Origin: Vicugna vicugna
Lineage: Eukaryota
DNA: 64,000 bases
Direction of reading: 5' to 3'
Assembly: GCA_013265495.1 (NCBI GenBank)
Contig: MU057651.1
Coordinates: 1,127,674-1,191,673, forward strand
Part shown: positions 50,063 to 63,730 of the stretch, piece by piece
How the letters are laid out: each line of letters opens with the position of its first letter
Numbering within the stretch: the stretch's first letter is position 1
The notes under the pieces: model-generated
The model's input: only the letters and a program-made list of their open reading frames with translations
Database searches by the model: none
What the model was told of the DNA's origin: nothing
Program-made: the position numbers and the translations under genes

Positions 50063-51009
50063 TGAATTAAATGGCCTCAGATGTACGTTTTAGTGTAAAC
50101 ATTCTGTGGCTCTGTGGAAGTAAGTGCCTTCTGATAATGTTTGCAAGCCAACTCCAAGGTGAAGTGAAAGGCTCCAGTTCAGAGAGTGACTTCCCACCTA
50201 ATGAGATGGAAACAAATAATTCAACCCAATGGTGTAATGCAGTAAGTGCAACCTGGATTTATGTCTGTTTCTTCTGCAGTGTTCTAGCTCTGTGACCTTG
50301 GACAAATCACTTCACCTCTCTGGGCCCCCATTTCCTCATGGGTAAAAGCAGACCTAAGATGGTTATGTAAGATGTTAACATTAGGGGAAACTGAGTTGTC
50401 TTTGCAACTGTTCCGTAAATCTAAAATTATTCCAATTTTTTTAAAAAAAATTATTTTTAAAAAACAGGCAGAAGGGCAACCACTTTGAGGGGCTGTGAAG
50501 ATTAAGTGAGATAAAGCATGGCAAAGTATGTCGTTCGGTTCTTTTCTTTTTCCCCTCCCAGGCATCTCCCTTCACCTACACATTTGAACTTGTTGAGCAG
50601 CTGAGGCATCAGTAGGTATGTTGTCTGGACTATGATGCCAGCAGGTTCACCAGCCTGACAACATTGCAATTCAGAGCCTTGTTGACAAGCCAAAACCCTG
50701 CAGGGAAGAAGGTTGGGTTTACATAGTCCTGGGATCCAGTGAATGCGTCACACATTGCCAGAAGCAAAGTGGCCTCTCTTTGTCGGACTCTGAGTAGGGG
50801 GTGGGGGCACTGTGGGGGAAGGAGGGAAAAAGAGAACTAGGAAGAATCTAGATAAGACCTGCAGGCAGCTAGTCAAGGAAGCAGGCTTGGGCTCCACCCC
50901 CAGCCTCATATATAAAACTCTTTTTTTCTTGTTGGTTTGGGGTAAAAGCACTTTTTCTAGATAGACCCTGATACATCCAAATAAGTTGAGGGCAGCAGGC
51001 AGGAGGAGG

Positions 51010-51525
51010 AGTATATATTCAGCCATTAGGCCCATGCAGGTCCCAGGCCTATTTGCCCTTAATCCATCTCTTCCTCTTCCGTCCTCTGCTCTATACTGTA
51101 GCAAGAGAGGGACGGGGGCAGGGGAGGAGAGGAATGAGTGGACCCTTGAAGGTTGTTTCCCAGGCTCTGGTGGGTTTGGCCACTGGGAGTTACTGGTAGG
51201 ACATTGGAAAGCAGAAGGAAGAGAGAATCTGGGGTATTTCCCTCCCTCCCTTTCTGCCTCGTGTGATGCCCCCAGCAGTGGCTGTGTCTCTTTCGTGCCT
51301 CCGGCCACGACCAGGTTTACCACAGCTCCAGTTTCCACCGAGTGACCCAGCCCCTAGGTTCTAGTGTAGGAGCTCCTCGCTGTGGCTGAAATGTCTGGTT
51401 TGCCTCACTGGCCTCTGCTTGGCACCGAAGCCCTCTCATCAGCTGATAACCAATTCTCTGCACTGAATTCCTTCTCCCTTAAATACTCCGTGGTTTCTGT
51501 TGTCCCAGTTGGACTGGACTGATCA
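51010..51525 (+). mobile_element. ERVL solo LTR (LTR33-like)
   Basis: 'ggtgggtttggccactgggagttactggtaggacattggaaagcagaaggaag...' and terminal 'gtttctgttgtcccagttggactggactgatca'. Confidence 0.75.
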
Positions 51526-52384
51526 ATCTTCTGCCAGCCAGCAGCAAGGATTCCTTCTCTTCACTGGCCAGTTTTCATTTTGGAACACAAGGCTCTGAGT
51601 GACTTATCTGGAAAATCTGGGTGGGAGATTAGGGGAGCGGAAGAGGTCTGGGGAATGAGAAATGGAGGTGAACCTCAGGAGAGCCCGAGGACCTAAGAAA
51701 AAGAAGGAGGCAAGAACAGAAAAGCTGCCTCATACATTTGCCCTGTCTCAGCTGGTGAGTGCTCTTGCAGTCTCTCCTTCAACAGAGACCAAGCAAGTGG
51801 AAGCCTAGAAAGAGGAGAGAGATGAGCCCCCAACCCACCCTCCCTGCACTGAGTCGGCTCCAGGAACATGTAAAGAAGAGCTCCAGGATGTGGCTGGCCT
51901 GCCTGTAGGTGGCGGCTGCATTCCAATCAGATGGAGGAGAATTACCCTAGGTGGCACCTCTGAGCTCATCAATCAGGCTGTCCCACTGGGCCAGGATCAC
52001 ACTGTCCCAGGGAAGGGATTTTCTTGAGGCTGAGTGGCAAGGATTTCAACAGCAACAGAAACCAGGACTGTCCCCAGGACTGGGAGCCCATCACTTAATT
52101 TCCTTGCCAGCTGTGTTTGAGGCTGTAAAGACCCAGCTGCAATGCTTGAGTCTCATTCATCAGCTACTAATCCACTGTGTGACCTTGGAGAAAACAAGGA
52201 GAGGGCAGTCAGAGCCCCCTGCTTACCTAAGAGGACACCTTGTGAGTACCCAATACACATCACACTGTAATTCCAGCTCGGAGGAGGTACAGGAGCAGAT
52301 GTCTGAGAAATGCTTCCTGCTGGGGGCCGAGGAAGAAAGCAGGATGGAGAAACTACTCTGTAGTGCTCAAGAGCCTGGTTTTAA

Positions 52385-52678
52385 TAGAGGTTATTGTTAG
52401 TTTGGTTAGGGGCAATGATGATATTGTCGCCGTATACGAAAATATCCCTCATTTTTTGAGATGCATCATGAAGTATGTAAAGGTAAACGATGTAATACCT
52501 GGGATTCCCTCTCAAATATTAAGGCAAAGCATAAAAGAAGAGAGAAAACGAAAGGGGGATAAATCAAGCTAACAGGAAAAAATCCTGAGAGATACTGACT
52601 CTGGTAATGAATACAGAGGGGTTCATTATACTATTCTACTTCAGCATGTATGAAATTTTTCATGAGAAATTTTTTAAG
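52385..52678 (+). mobile_element. Old L1 (L1MC/ME-like) 3' end
   Basis: 'tattgttagtttggttaggggcaatgatgatattgt...gggttcattatactattctac...gaaatttttcatga'. Confidence 0.7.
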
Positions 52679-54949
52679 GCATGTGTTTTAGAGTCAGACC
52701 TGGGTTTGACCCCATTCACTCAGGCAACAAATGTATATGGAGTAATACTGGATACTAGGGCCTGTGTTCTACCTAGCGGTGGTAGATGGAGGGGGGCACA
52801 AAACAGACCGGGTCAGGATTCCCCAGTGGAGGAAAGGCTTTTGATATTAGGTGGCCAGAAAAAAAAAGACAAATGCCCACCTCATCTGTCTAGGCTCTTT
52901 CTAATCTGCCTATGCTGTTTCTGAAGCAATTTTCTGCTTAAAAGGCCAGAGCTCCTTCTGATGAATTCTCCCATGACCCCTGGGGACACAAACCACCCTA
53001 CTTAGAAGGACCCTGGAGCTCTCTTTTTTGACCTCTGCTGCTTTGGCCAGCAGCTAGGCAAGTAGGAAGCCTTCCACAGGGAAGGCCACTGCAATCTGAT
53101 GTGGGCTGCATTTCCAGTGCCCTGAGTAACTCATATAGGCCAACCCAATCCTCACTCCCAGGAGATTCCAGAGCTTCCGTGGGACACTCTGGAGTCACAA
53201 GCAAATTGCCCTTTCCCTCCCTTGCCTGTCTCTCTCCCTCAAACCTGCATAGGACTGTGTAATTGAAATCATGTGGGAACTGGGGCCGGCTCAAAAGTTA
53301 GCCCTGCATTCGAATCCTGGCTCCATCAACTTACTACCAGCATGACCTTGAGCAAGTCACCTCCATGCTCTGAGCTTCCACTTCCTCTTCTGTAAAATCG
53401 TGACAAGATGGCAACCCCTCACGGGGTTGTGTGAGGGTTAGTGAGGAAATACGTGCTTTGTACATTTGTTTCAAATAAACACATGCAGAAGGTTTTAAGT
53501 CATTCATGCAGAAACCAGTGAGACAGCATAACTGGTGCAAAGGAAAACTCAAAGTAACACACATTTATAGTCAGTTAAGGAATGCTAAAATGAATTTACA
53601 AATGGATGTAAAACAGGAAAAACTGGCCAATATTCGCAGCAATAAGCAATTGTATTCTGCCAGACACTGGACCTATACACTCCCCAGAGCCCCCAGAATT
53701 ACATTGAGAGGATATCCAGCAATTTCCTTGGTGCATTTCAAAATCTTCTACAGTTTTCCCTACACCTGGAAACTGCAGAGATGTTGGAGTTGGTGGGGGT
53801 GAGGGTGGTGATCTTGACCTGATCATTGCTGTTCATGAGGCAGAGGAAACGTTAGAAGCATGGACAGAGTGACCAGAGTGGAAAGATGGGCCCTGGGAGG
53901 AAGGGAGGAAGGGGCTTGAAGCCTGCTTTCTGCTCTTCCTCGTGGTGGGGCCTCAGGCAGTGGACCTTATCTCACTGAGCTTCAGCCTCCTCACCTTCAA
54001 AGTGAAAATCAAGACTGGTTGTATCAGCCTCATCTGGTTGTTGTGGGGCTCGAGGATGAAGATAAAGCACCTGGTATATAGTATTTGGTCAAGAATGATA
54101 ATAGCCAACATTGAATGGGTGCCTGCTCCATGCCAGGCACTGGGATAAGCAGTTGACAGGCCTTTATTTATTCCTCACAACAGCTATGAGGTAAGTACTG
54201 TTATCCGTCCCTTTTATAGGTGAGGAAAGTGAGGCTCAGAGAAGTTTACTGGCCCAAGATGACCCAGCTAATTAGTGATGGTACCACTGTTTGAACCCAG
54301 GCAATGGACTTCACTGCCCAAACTCTTAGGTTCTCTGCTGCATTCCTGTTTCCATGGGAGATGCGGTCTCTGGTCAGAAACAGGCCCAGAGATTGAGGGG
54401 TCATGTGCAAATGCCCCAAATGTGGTCTTAATCCAGGAAGCAAGGTTCCTGCCAACACATACCTCTGGAAAGAAGTTGCAGAGGGGAGGCCAAAGCCCAG
54501 GCTCCCTAATCCACCCACAACCCCCAAACCCCAGCTCTCACACACATACACACATCACATCAAACCTTTTGATTGATCCTCCTCAGTGCTTTCCAGCCTC
54601 TTTAATTTTCATGGAATACATATAAAAATACTTATTTAAAGCCCAAGGGCCCTTCCTGCCCCAGGCCCCTCCCAGACCCTCTGAGGATGGAAGCAACCAA
54701 TAGCTTAGAACAGCAATGGAATCGTTTTGCTGTAATCCACGGGCACCTTCTATATACTCCAGGCCCAATGATCTGACTGTACATTTCCAAACATACACAG
54801 ACTGAAAAAATATGTGGAAAGCTGAACACTTAAATCTTCTAATACATTTTCGGCTTTGGGCTCCACTTCTTTCCACTCACATTCAGAGTTGGTAGATGAA
54901 TAAGTGCCCGATAGTGAATGCAATGCTGAACATTTTTAGATGTGCTATT

Positions 54950-55235
54950 TTAAATGAATAATCAATATGAATTTATTTGCCATTCTTTCCTACAAGCATG
55001 GATCATCATAAACTCATCTGTGATTCACAAGAACGTAAAAAAAAAAAACTCCCATGGGAATTTTAATTCAGTAGTATTGGTCTTTCTAAGTGAAACATTA
55101 TCTGTTGCTCTTCTGAACAGAGAGTTCATTGATAATTGTTCATCAGAGGAGAAGCATCATCTTTTTCGCAATTTTTTTCAGTCTTTGACAAAATCATGGG
55201 TGAAAACAGGCCATGTCTGCGTGATGCCAAAAGGT
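54950..55235 (-). other. Candidate terminal exon of a minus-strand gene (acceptor, short open frame, AATAAA)
   Basis: Minus strand ctcctccttttttatttatccAG|ACC at 55236/55235; one frame LLASRRHGLFSPMILSKTEKNCEKDDASPLMNNYQ* (stop 55128-55126); AATAAA at 54977-54972. Confidence 0.4.
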
Positions 55236-57559
55236 CTGGATAAATAAAAAAGGAGGAGGTGATATTGTTCAATGACTAGGCTGTTTGGTCTGTGAACTAC
55301 TTGCCAACATCTGGGTGTTTGGCCTAAGAGGGTTCACAGTATTTCCTTTTCATCCACATGTTATGGCTTTGTGTATACAGATGGCTTCTCACTAAACAAC
55401 TCGGATGCCTCTTTTATGAGGGAATATATGGAAGCCACGAGAAGTTGAGAAGGGAGGGGGGAGGACAAAGAGGAAATTGTGGCAGGAGACATTCCTAAAA
55501 TGGTTCTGCCACTGCCATGGTGTTGGAGTCCGAGCAAAGGAATTTGCAAATTTTCTACATTGAAGCAGTACTACTGGGAGGCTGCAATAATGATGTAGAA
55601 AAACGTGATTACTATAAAAAATTTGAAAGGGGAAGAGAAATCATCAGTATTGCACTACTTATCAGAAAACTGTTGAGTCTAAGTCAGTGCTTATTAATCT
55701 ATGTTCACCACAGACTTGGGGGAGGGGGCCTGAGCATGATGGTGGCAGAAACAATGACTTGCCCATGAATTCAGCAGTCCAGGGCCCATGTGGCAGTCAC
55801 ATGGACTCTTAATACACTATTCAATTGTGGCTCTGAATTGAGTTAGTGGACATTCACTGCCTCAGTGTGAATGTGCAGAAAACCAAACAAGGGGATTTCA
55901 TTCTATAAAAGCAAACCCAGAAAAGCTAGGCAGAAACACTGAAAAGGAGCCCAGAAGAGCAGAGCTTTCAGCACACATTTGAAAACTGCAGATCAATAGG
56001 AAGTAACTTAAAGTTGTAGAAGGAAATAGGCGAAGAGAAAGAGCTTCATGGGGATTCTCTCCACTTTCCACTCCAGAGTAAACCAGTCTCCTTTTGAAGT
56101 TGAGCCTACTCTGAACAACTAGGTTCCAGTTGTTCACCACCAAGGCTGGCTCAGGAGTCAATAACTTTCAACCGTCATGGGAAAGAGAGGCATCCTGCAG
56201 GTTTATGAGACACTCGGGAAGCTTCTTTCTTGAAAGCCCTTATAGTCAAAATCTACATGAAAAACCAAGTTCACCTTCTTGCCTTGATTGATAAGGCAGT
56301 TTGGATTCATTAGCTGCTTGGCTAGAGTGACCAGACAATTGAGTCAATATAGCTCAACCCTTCCAGAAGCTAGACAGTGATCAAAGAACTCAACAGAGCC
56401 AGCTCTGTCATGCTGTCTGATAGCACGTGCTCTTCTCTACAGCCTTGTGCTTTGGGGGTCTACAGCAGTAGGGAGGCTCCTGAGACCTCTCAGGCATGTT
56501 CAGTTCACATAGCTTTAAGATATACAGGAGATCTGATTTAAAGAGAAAAGATTTAAAAGCTACTTCTGTGTTGTTACTTCCCAAATATTTTATTTGAAAG
56601 CAGTACTGATGCTTTTGTGGTCATTCTTCTATGCAATCAAATAGGTAATCAGCGTTATTAGAACATACATTTTCCTGGGTTATTACAAATTATTTTCATT
56701 CTGAAATAAAAAATAAAACAGAAAGCTTGTAGACATTTTGTTTTTTTAATCTGAATTGACCGTTATATTTTTTTAAAAAGGTTTTACACAGATCTACAAG
56801 GAATCCTATGTCGCCTATATTTATGTACCTTGTATAAATTCAGCAAGTTGAATCTGAAATCCCATCTGCTTCTTTTCAAATGATTATTTAATGTGGACAT
56901 GTATTTCATCTATCTATCAATGTAGATAGGTTGTGGCCTCCTGCCACATACAACTTGCAATGTTTCTCCTTTGGGTCAGGTTTCTATTTTGTTCAAGTGG
57001 GGAAAAAAACACAACTAATGATTAATTGCGGGGCGGACACACTTCCAATGCTCGATGGTAAACAAATAAGCTGACTCAGTGTCCTAGGTAAAACAAAACT
57101 TTCTCTAAGAGCCAGGAATCAAATAAACACAGGATGTGTCTACGCTTCTCAGCCTGTTCATTCCAGAGGGAATCATGGTCTGCAAAGGCCTGTCCCTTCC
57201 TTCTTTCCTTCCTTCCTATCAAACTGTCTGCATAAGGCTTCTCACCCTTCTGGCTTTGAAGATTGAATACTCCTGAGGGCATGGTGAGTTCCAGATTTTT
57301 AAAAAAAAAAGGGTGTGTGTGTGTGTGCGCACACATGGTCTGTTTTGGCTGGGGCTACTGGCTGCTACCATTTGCAAGGGAATGATAAATTTCAGTCACA
57401 CCCATCTTCATGGGAGCAAGTCAACTCACGGTAGAACGAAGTGGCAGAAACAGGACAAAACTCCCTACATGTTGACTCCCAGGCCAGTGCCATTTTCCAT
57501 TGTTACAAGCAGCCTCACACATTGATAAAATGTTTTGGCATGTGGATGTAAACCAATGA

Positions 57560-57835
57560 ATGTTTCTCAAGCCATATTCTACAGAAAACTAGCCAGGCAT
57601 TAATAAGGGATCTTTAGTCAACTAAGTCTGAGAAATGCTACATATTCTATCTTCCTTTGGAGATCTACAATGCTTATTAGCATTTTAAATGCTCTGAGAC
57701 TTGCAGTAAAGAACCCTGCTCAATTTTATCTAATTCAAAATTTTCCAAGCTTATTTGACTATGGATCTTTTTCATCCCATTGAATGCCTGTGAGCAACTT
57801 GTAGGGTTCCATAGTGTGTAACTTGGGAAACGCTA
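57560..57835. mobile_element. MER103C-like hAT-Charlie element
   Basis: 'gtttctcaag...tctgagaaatgctacatattctatcttcctttggagatctacaatgcttattagcattttaaatgctctgaga...ttgggaaacgc'. Confidence 0.7.
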
Positions 57836-58070
57836 GTAAAATAAATCAGGAACGTGTTGATTAAACTGTACTTACTATGTTTGGACACTGCTTAAGAAAA
57901 TACCACTGGTACTGGAATCCAGCCCTTCTGGTTTCCTGGCCAGTTCACACTCTCCCCACTGCATACGTCACACCCTTTCCCCATGGTCTTTTTTCCTTCT
58001 GGTTGCTAACTGTTGCTCAGATCCATCTAATTAGCTACTCTCTTGAGATAACCACTTTGCTAATCTAAGG

Positions 58071-58248
58071 CAATGGTTCTTAAAGTGTGGTCCCTGGATC
58101 AGTGGCATCACTATCACCTGGAAACTTGTCAGAAATGCAAATTCACTTCAGAACCGCTGAATCAGAAACTCTGGGACAGGCACAGTAATCTGTGTTTTAA
58201 TAAGCCCTCCGGGAGATTCTGATGCACCCTCAGGTTTGAGAACGTCTG
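58071..58248. mobile_element. MER5A hAT-Charlie MITE
   Basis: caatggttcttaaagtgtggtccctggatcagtggcatcactatcacctggaaacttgtcagaaatgcaaatt...tttgagaac. Confidence 0.9.
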
Positions 58249-59989
58249 ATCTTCTAAGGCAAGGCTTTAAACCACTTTCCCTACATCTCCTATTATTTTA
58301 TCTTTCCTCTTGTCACTCAGAAAGCAGCCAAGACACAGTAAGGTACATCCCAGGGACATGTGTCTATTATAATAGTCCCCTCCCTCACTCTGATCAAAAG
58401 ATGGGTCCTTTGACAAACAAATCACTCATTCCCTTCTTTGACATATTCAATTTAGGATGAAAACATTTGCATGAAATATGAAAAGATTATCCTCGAGCCA
58501 GCCTATTCACATCAAACAGCTTGCCCTACCAAGTATCACAAGGCTGAAACATCTTAAAGGTAACAGATATATTTGTCTCTAAACAATAAGCACATTTTAA
58601 CACACCCAAGTTTTGAAAGAAGGTTACACAGTGAGTTCTTCACAATCTTACTGCTCTATAAGCCAACAACTATCTGCTGAGTGCCCATTAAATGTGAAGC
58701 ACTGTGTTCCAGGCTCTGGGCTTTCATAGAACATAATGTGGGCCCCTTGCACTCTGCTGTTACAATGTAATTTGAGAGAGACATCATATCAAAATTTGTT
58801 CAACAAAACAAAGTAATAACCAGAAAATGCCAGAAGAACGTAACTAAGCAATATGCATCTAGCCTGGAACGCCGGATCTTTGAAAGAACATTGAAAACGT
58901 CTACCCGCTAAACAGCCAAAGAGCAGAAAACGTGGGTTGTAGTTCTCCCTCTTCCACTTAATAGCTCTGTGACCTTGGGCAAGTCTCAACCTCTATGGGT
59001 TTTAATTGATATTCTGTAAATTAGGGGTAATGATACCATACCTGCCCAAAGGCAAGGAACGAAAACAGATGCACTCGTAAGATAGCTTTCAGTTTAAGAC
59101 CTCTGACTCTAGGAGATCACAAACTGAAACGTCTGCAGCTGCCCGCAGGGGTGAAATTAGCCACGTTCCTAGGTTGTACGTGCTCCTACCTAGGGTTGCC
59201 AGGCCCTCTGATTTTTCTAGAGAAACAGAAATACCTCTTTTATGTGAGATTTGCCCATTACAATTTTTTTTGCAGCTCATTCTTTTTTAAAAAAAATTGG
59301 ACCAAACAAAATGTGTCTGTGAGCCAGATGCAGCTTGTTATATTGCTAATTGGTAACCTCAAGACTAGACAGAGGCCACAGAAGTCTTCATAGGGAAGGT
59401 GGCATTGTAGAGAATTTTGCTGAGATTGAAATGAAATGGTGGTATCAGTTAAATCATTAAGATGCCTCACTTCAAACAGAGTCAGTATTTTTTTTCCCTC
59501 CAAGTCTTTGTTTAATATTACACAGGCATGGCTGCAGTCAATTATAGACGCTTAGATGCCTCCTCCTTAAAGCTTTCCCTGACCACCGCAGCCCCAAGTG
59601 CTCTCTCTCTCTCTCCTTTGAGTTCCCATAGTAATTATTTTTCCATGCAATTCATTTGGCAATTAATCACACAGTGCCTTGTGGCATCTTTTCTATTGTG
59701 GTCTTGAACTGCTATTTAAACATGTTATAATTATTTAAGTTTCCACATGTTTGCATCTTCCCTTCCCTCTAAGTTAGGAAGCTCTTTGAGGATAGAGGCC
59801 AGATCTTATTCCTTCAAGTACCTGGCACAGAGGAGATTTATCTGTTTTGGACTTAATTTCAAAGGAGCATCGCACAGAAGGGTAGGGTACCTAAGAGTAT
59901 CTCTCAGCTGGTTTTTAGATCTCATCCTCTCCTATACGGGCTGTGCTCTTTATCATAGGTGGACTTGTAAGTGTTTGTTTAATAACTAG

Positions 59990-61063
59990 AGTGTCAAGAA
60001 AGTGAAAAGATAACACACAGCATGAGGGAAAATATTTGCAAACCTATTATCTGACAAGGGACTTGTATATAAAGAATCATTAAAAACTCAATAATAAGAC
60101 AACTTAATCTTAAAATGTGAAAAGGATTTTAATAGACATTTCTCCAAAGAGTGACAGATGAAAACTAAACCTTTGGTGGTAAGCACACTGTAGTGTATAC
60201 AGAAGTCAAAATATAATATGATACATATAAAACATATAATTTTATAAATCAACAAAAAGTATAATTTTAAAAAAATGGCCAATAAGCACATGAAAGGATA
60301 ACTCAACATCGTTAGCCATCAGGGAACTAAAAATCAAAATCACAATGAGATACCATTTCACACCCTCTTGGATGGCTATAATAAAAAAGACAAATAATAA
60401 CAAATGCTGACAAAGATGTGGAGACATTGGAACTCTTATTCACACCACTAACAGGACTAACAGGACTGTAAAATGGTACAGCTGTTGTGGAAAACAATTT
60501 GGCGGTACCTCAAATCATATGACCCAGCAATTCCACTCCTAGGTATATAGCCAAGAGAATTGAAAACATATCTTCACACAAAAACTTGTAAATGAATGTT
60601 CAATAGCAAAAAAGTGGAAAACAACCCAAATGTCAATCAACTGATGAATGGATAAACAAAATGTGGTATAGCCATAAAATGGAATATTACCTGGCTAAAA
60701 AAAAGCCAATGAAGTCCCAATCCATGCTAAAACATAGATGAACCTTGAAAACCTTAGGCTAAGTGAGAGAAGCTAGTCACATAAGACCACCTAATATATG
60801 AGTCTATTTTTATGAAATATCCAGAAAAGACTGATCTACAGAGAGTAGATTAGTGATCACCTGGGGCTGAGGAAAGGAGGCAGGGACAGGAATGACTGCT
60901 AATGGGTACAGGGTTCCTTTTGGGGCTGATGAAAATGTTACAAAGTTAGATTGTGGTAATGGTTGCACAACTCTTGACAATATTAAAAAATCACTGAAAT
61001 GTATACTTTAAATAGATGAGTTTATGGTTTTATAGTATGTGAATTTTATCTCAAAGTTGTTTA
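59990..61063 (+). mobile_element. L1MB-like 3' ~1 kb fragment with a nested younger L1 3' end at ~60151-60274
   Basis: ORF2 C-terminal remnants and 3'UTR 'aatgactgctaatgggtacagggttccttttggggctgatgaaaatgtt...ggttgcacaactct'. Confidence 0.9.
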
Positions 61064-62164
61064 AATAATAATAATAGCTAATATTTATGCAGCACCTACT
61101 GTGTGACACTCTCCTAAGTGTTCTAGATGTATTAACTCATTTAATTCTCACAAAACTCTTAGGAGGAAGGTACTTTTATTGTCCTTGTTTGAAAGATGGA
61201 GAAAACAGAGTTACACAAACATTAAGTGGTTAGCCTGAGACTTCACAGCAAGTGATGGAGGTGGGATTCTAATACAGACCAGCTAAGTCTAGAGCGTTGC
61301 AGTCTTTAATGCAGTGCGATATTGGACACAGACAGTCAGTACTTGTCATTTCTTCATTATTCTACTGGAACTATGATGAAGAGAGTCTGCATTGACATGG
61401 GCTACACTGAAAGTGAGTGGAGGGAAAGTTTATAGAAAATAAAAGTGAAAAGGCTACAGAAGATGCAAGAGGAGTGGATTTATAGACACTCTGGCTCTGC
61501 TGTAATTTTGCAACTCATCCTTCTGCCCATCACAGGAAAAGTATGTACCTTGTACCCAGTATGTAAGAGACTGTCTAATGGGGGCAGAGGGTGTTGGGTT
61601 AATCCTTACAGAAAGGATTTTACAGTGACTCAGCCAGCCATGTCTGTTGCCTTCTGGGGGACGATGCCCCAGTTCAGCGTGACCCATGAAGTAGAGTGAA
61701 CATGACTCATATTTTCCTCTTGATTCCTAGGAGTATATGGAGTAATTCTGTCTGGAAGCTAGCTAGGTTTGTTCACTGAAGTGCAAGTATTTATTAAGCT
61801 AAATGCAAGGGGTTACAAAGTTAATAATAACAACCATTTAGTGAGTGTTTACCATGTGCTGTAACTTTCATGTACTGGCTTTTTTCATCCTTAAAACATC
61901 CCTATGAAGTAGGTACTATTATTAACATGGCCATCTTACAGATGAGGAAACTGAGGCTCAGGGAGATTGAAATCATACAATAACTAAGAATAGAGTCAAG
62001 AGTCAAACACACATCATTCAGATTCTAGTGCTTTTTCCACTATAATATACTGCCTTCAACAAATATGAGCTCATACAAGGCACTATAGGGGAGAAGGTAA
62101 TACAAATCTCCTCTCCTCAAAACACTTATAAACCAGATGGGAGACAAGATATAAACACAGTAAA

Positions 62165-62360
62165 AGTTAAATAATGCTATAATAATAATAGAATAATAAG
62201 AGAAATATATTGTGTATATATAAGTCTATGGTATAAGAATAATAGAAGTATATTGTATATATTGTATCTAGAATAATAATGGAATAATAATAGAAGTATA
62301 TTATATATAATAATAAAAGTTTATTGTATATTATATATATATAGTAACAATACAACATTA
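62165..62360. repeat. AT-rich low-complexity/imperfect minisatellite (unit ~gaataatagaagtatattgtatata)
   Basis: Seen directly; adjoins tail of a minus-strand MIR (~62380-62570). Confidence 0.8.
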
Positions 62361-62589
62361 GAAGAGATGATAACATCTACTATTTATTAACATTTACAAT
62401 TTGACAGGTTCTGTTCTAAAGGCTTTACAAGTATTATCTCATTTATCTTGCTTCTAGGTGAGGAAACTGAGGCAAAAGGAGGTGAAGCAATGGGCCCAAC
62501 GTCATGTAGCATCATCTGTAGCAGCATCAGGACTTAAACCCAGGCAGTATGCCTCCAGAGCCTAACCTTTTAGATATTACATTGTATTT

Positions 62590-63730
62590 CCACGATAAAC
62601 CTGGTACTATAATAAGGGTTTGGAAAAAATGCTATGGGAACCCAGAGGAGAAGGCCATTAATTCTATCTGGGGCAGTCAGGAGAGGTTTCCCACAGGATG
62701 CAATCGCTGTGCAGGGTCTTAAAGGAGGGTAGGAATTTACTGGCGAGATAAGAGGACTAAGGGTGTTCTGGGCAGAGGGAACAGCATGTGCACGAACTTC
62801 TGCAAAGGCCTAGTTTATCTGAGGAATGTTGAAAAGTTCAGGATGACTGGCGCCTAGAATATGTCGGGATTGTGAAAGGATGGGGAGCGGTGATGAAAGT
62901 GGAAGATGAGACTGGAGAAGCAGACCGGGTGATCAGAGGGTAAAGGGCCTTGTGCACAGTAGAATCTATAAAATTGAGCTCAGACATGATGTCTACTGTG
63001 AGATTCTCCTCCTTCTTAATTTATCCCTGATTTTTTTTAAAGGGGCCCTTTCCTTTCTCTAAGCTTGGGAAACAAGTTTTGCTAAGCAAGGGTAAGAGTT
63101 CTTGGAGGATGGAGGGCTTGAAGGGTATACTCTTTGGAAAGGAGATGGGCCACAGTGGGAAAGAAGATTGCAACTGGAAAACCTGGGAGGAACAGCGTCA
63201 TATATTCAATTGAGAGAGAGAGAGACAGATACCCGTCTGCAACTACCGTTAGGTTGAGTGCAAGCATAAGTTACTCACCACCCACTCACCACCCCTCTCA
63301 GTACACATACATATTGGGAAGAAGGATGGTCTGAGATCAGGAAGGAAAAGCTACCAGTTGGCTTGTTTCTCATCCCAGACATAGCTCTTTAGTTGTCCCT
63401 TCATCCATGGGTCTGGGGGAATCCTTTGGTTCCTCTGCTGTTCATTGTGTGAAACTGAGGGGAGTTCTACTGTATCCTATAGACAATGGACCACCCAAGA
63501 AGGTTGATAGGCAGGAAAGTATTAGGAGGTTAGGTCTTGAGGCAGACTGAAGCCTGAACCAGAAGGAAGAAGAGACTAGAAGCAGGAATCCTGGTCCAGT
63601 TGAGAGATGACATGGAATTTGATTAACCCAATGGCCCTGTCAGTGGGAGTAGAAGGGCTTTGATTCAGGACAGCCTTCCGAGGTAGACACATAGCAACTT
63701 GGTAACCAGCTGAATATAGAGGAGAGAGGG
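62590..63730 (-). mobile_element. L2 fragments (antisense; ~62590-62955 and ~63470-63730)
   Basis: 'gctatgggaacccagaggag...gttctgggcagagggaacagcatgtgcacg' reverse L2 signature. Confidence 0.75.

Noticed and set aside
50748..51338. Longest ORF in the track (196 aa, minus)
   Set aside because: Runs through an LTR33-like element; no recognisable domain or splice support
53900..54330. Tail-to-tail inverted MIR pair as hairpin
   Set aside because: Copies are too diverged for stable pairing and such pairs are common in MIR-dense regions
62167..62376. Hydrophobic Tyr/Ile-rich 69-aa ORF
   Set aside because: Translation of AT-rich low-complexity repeat
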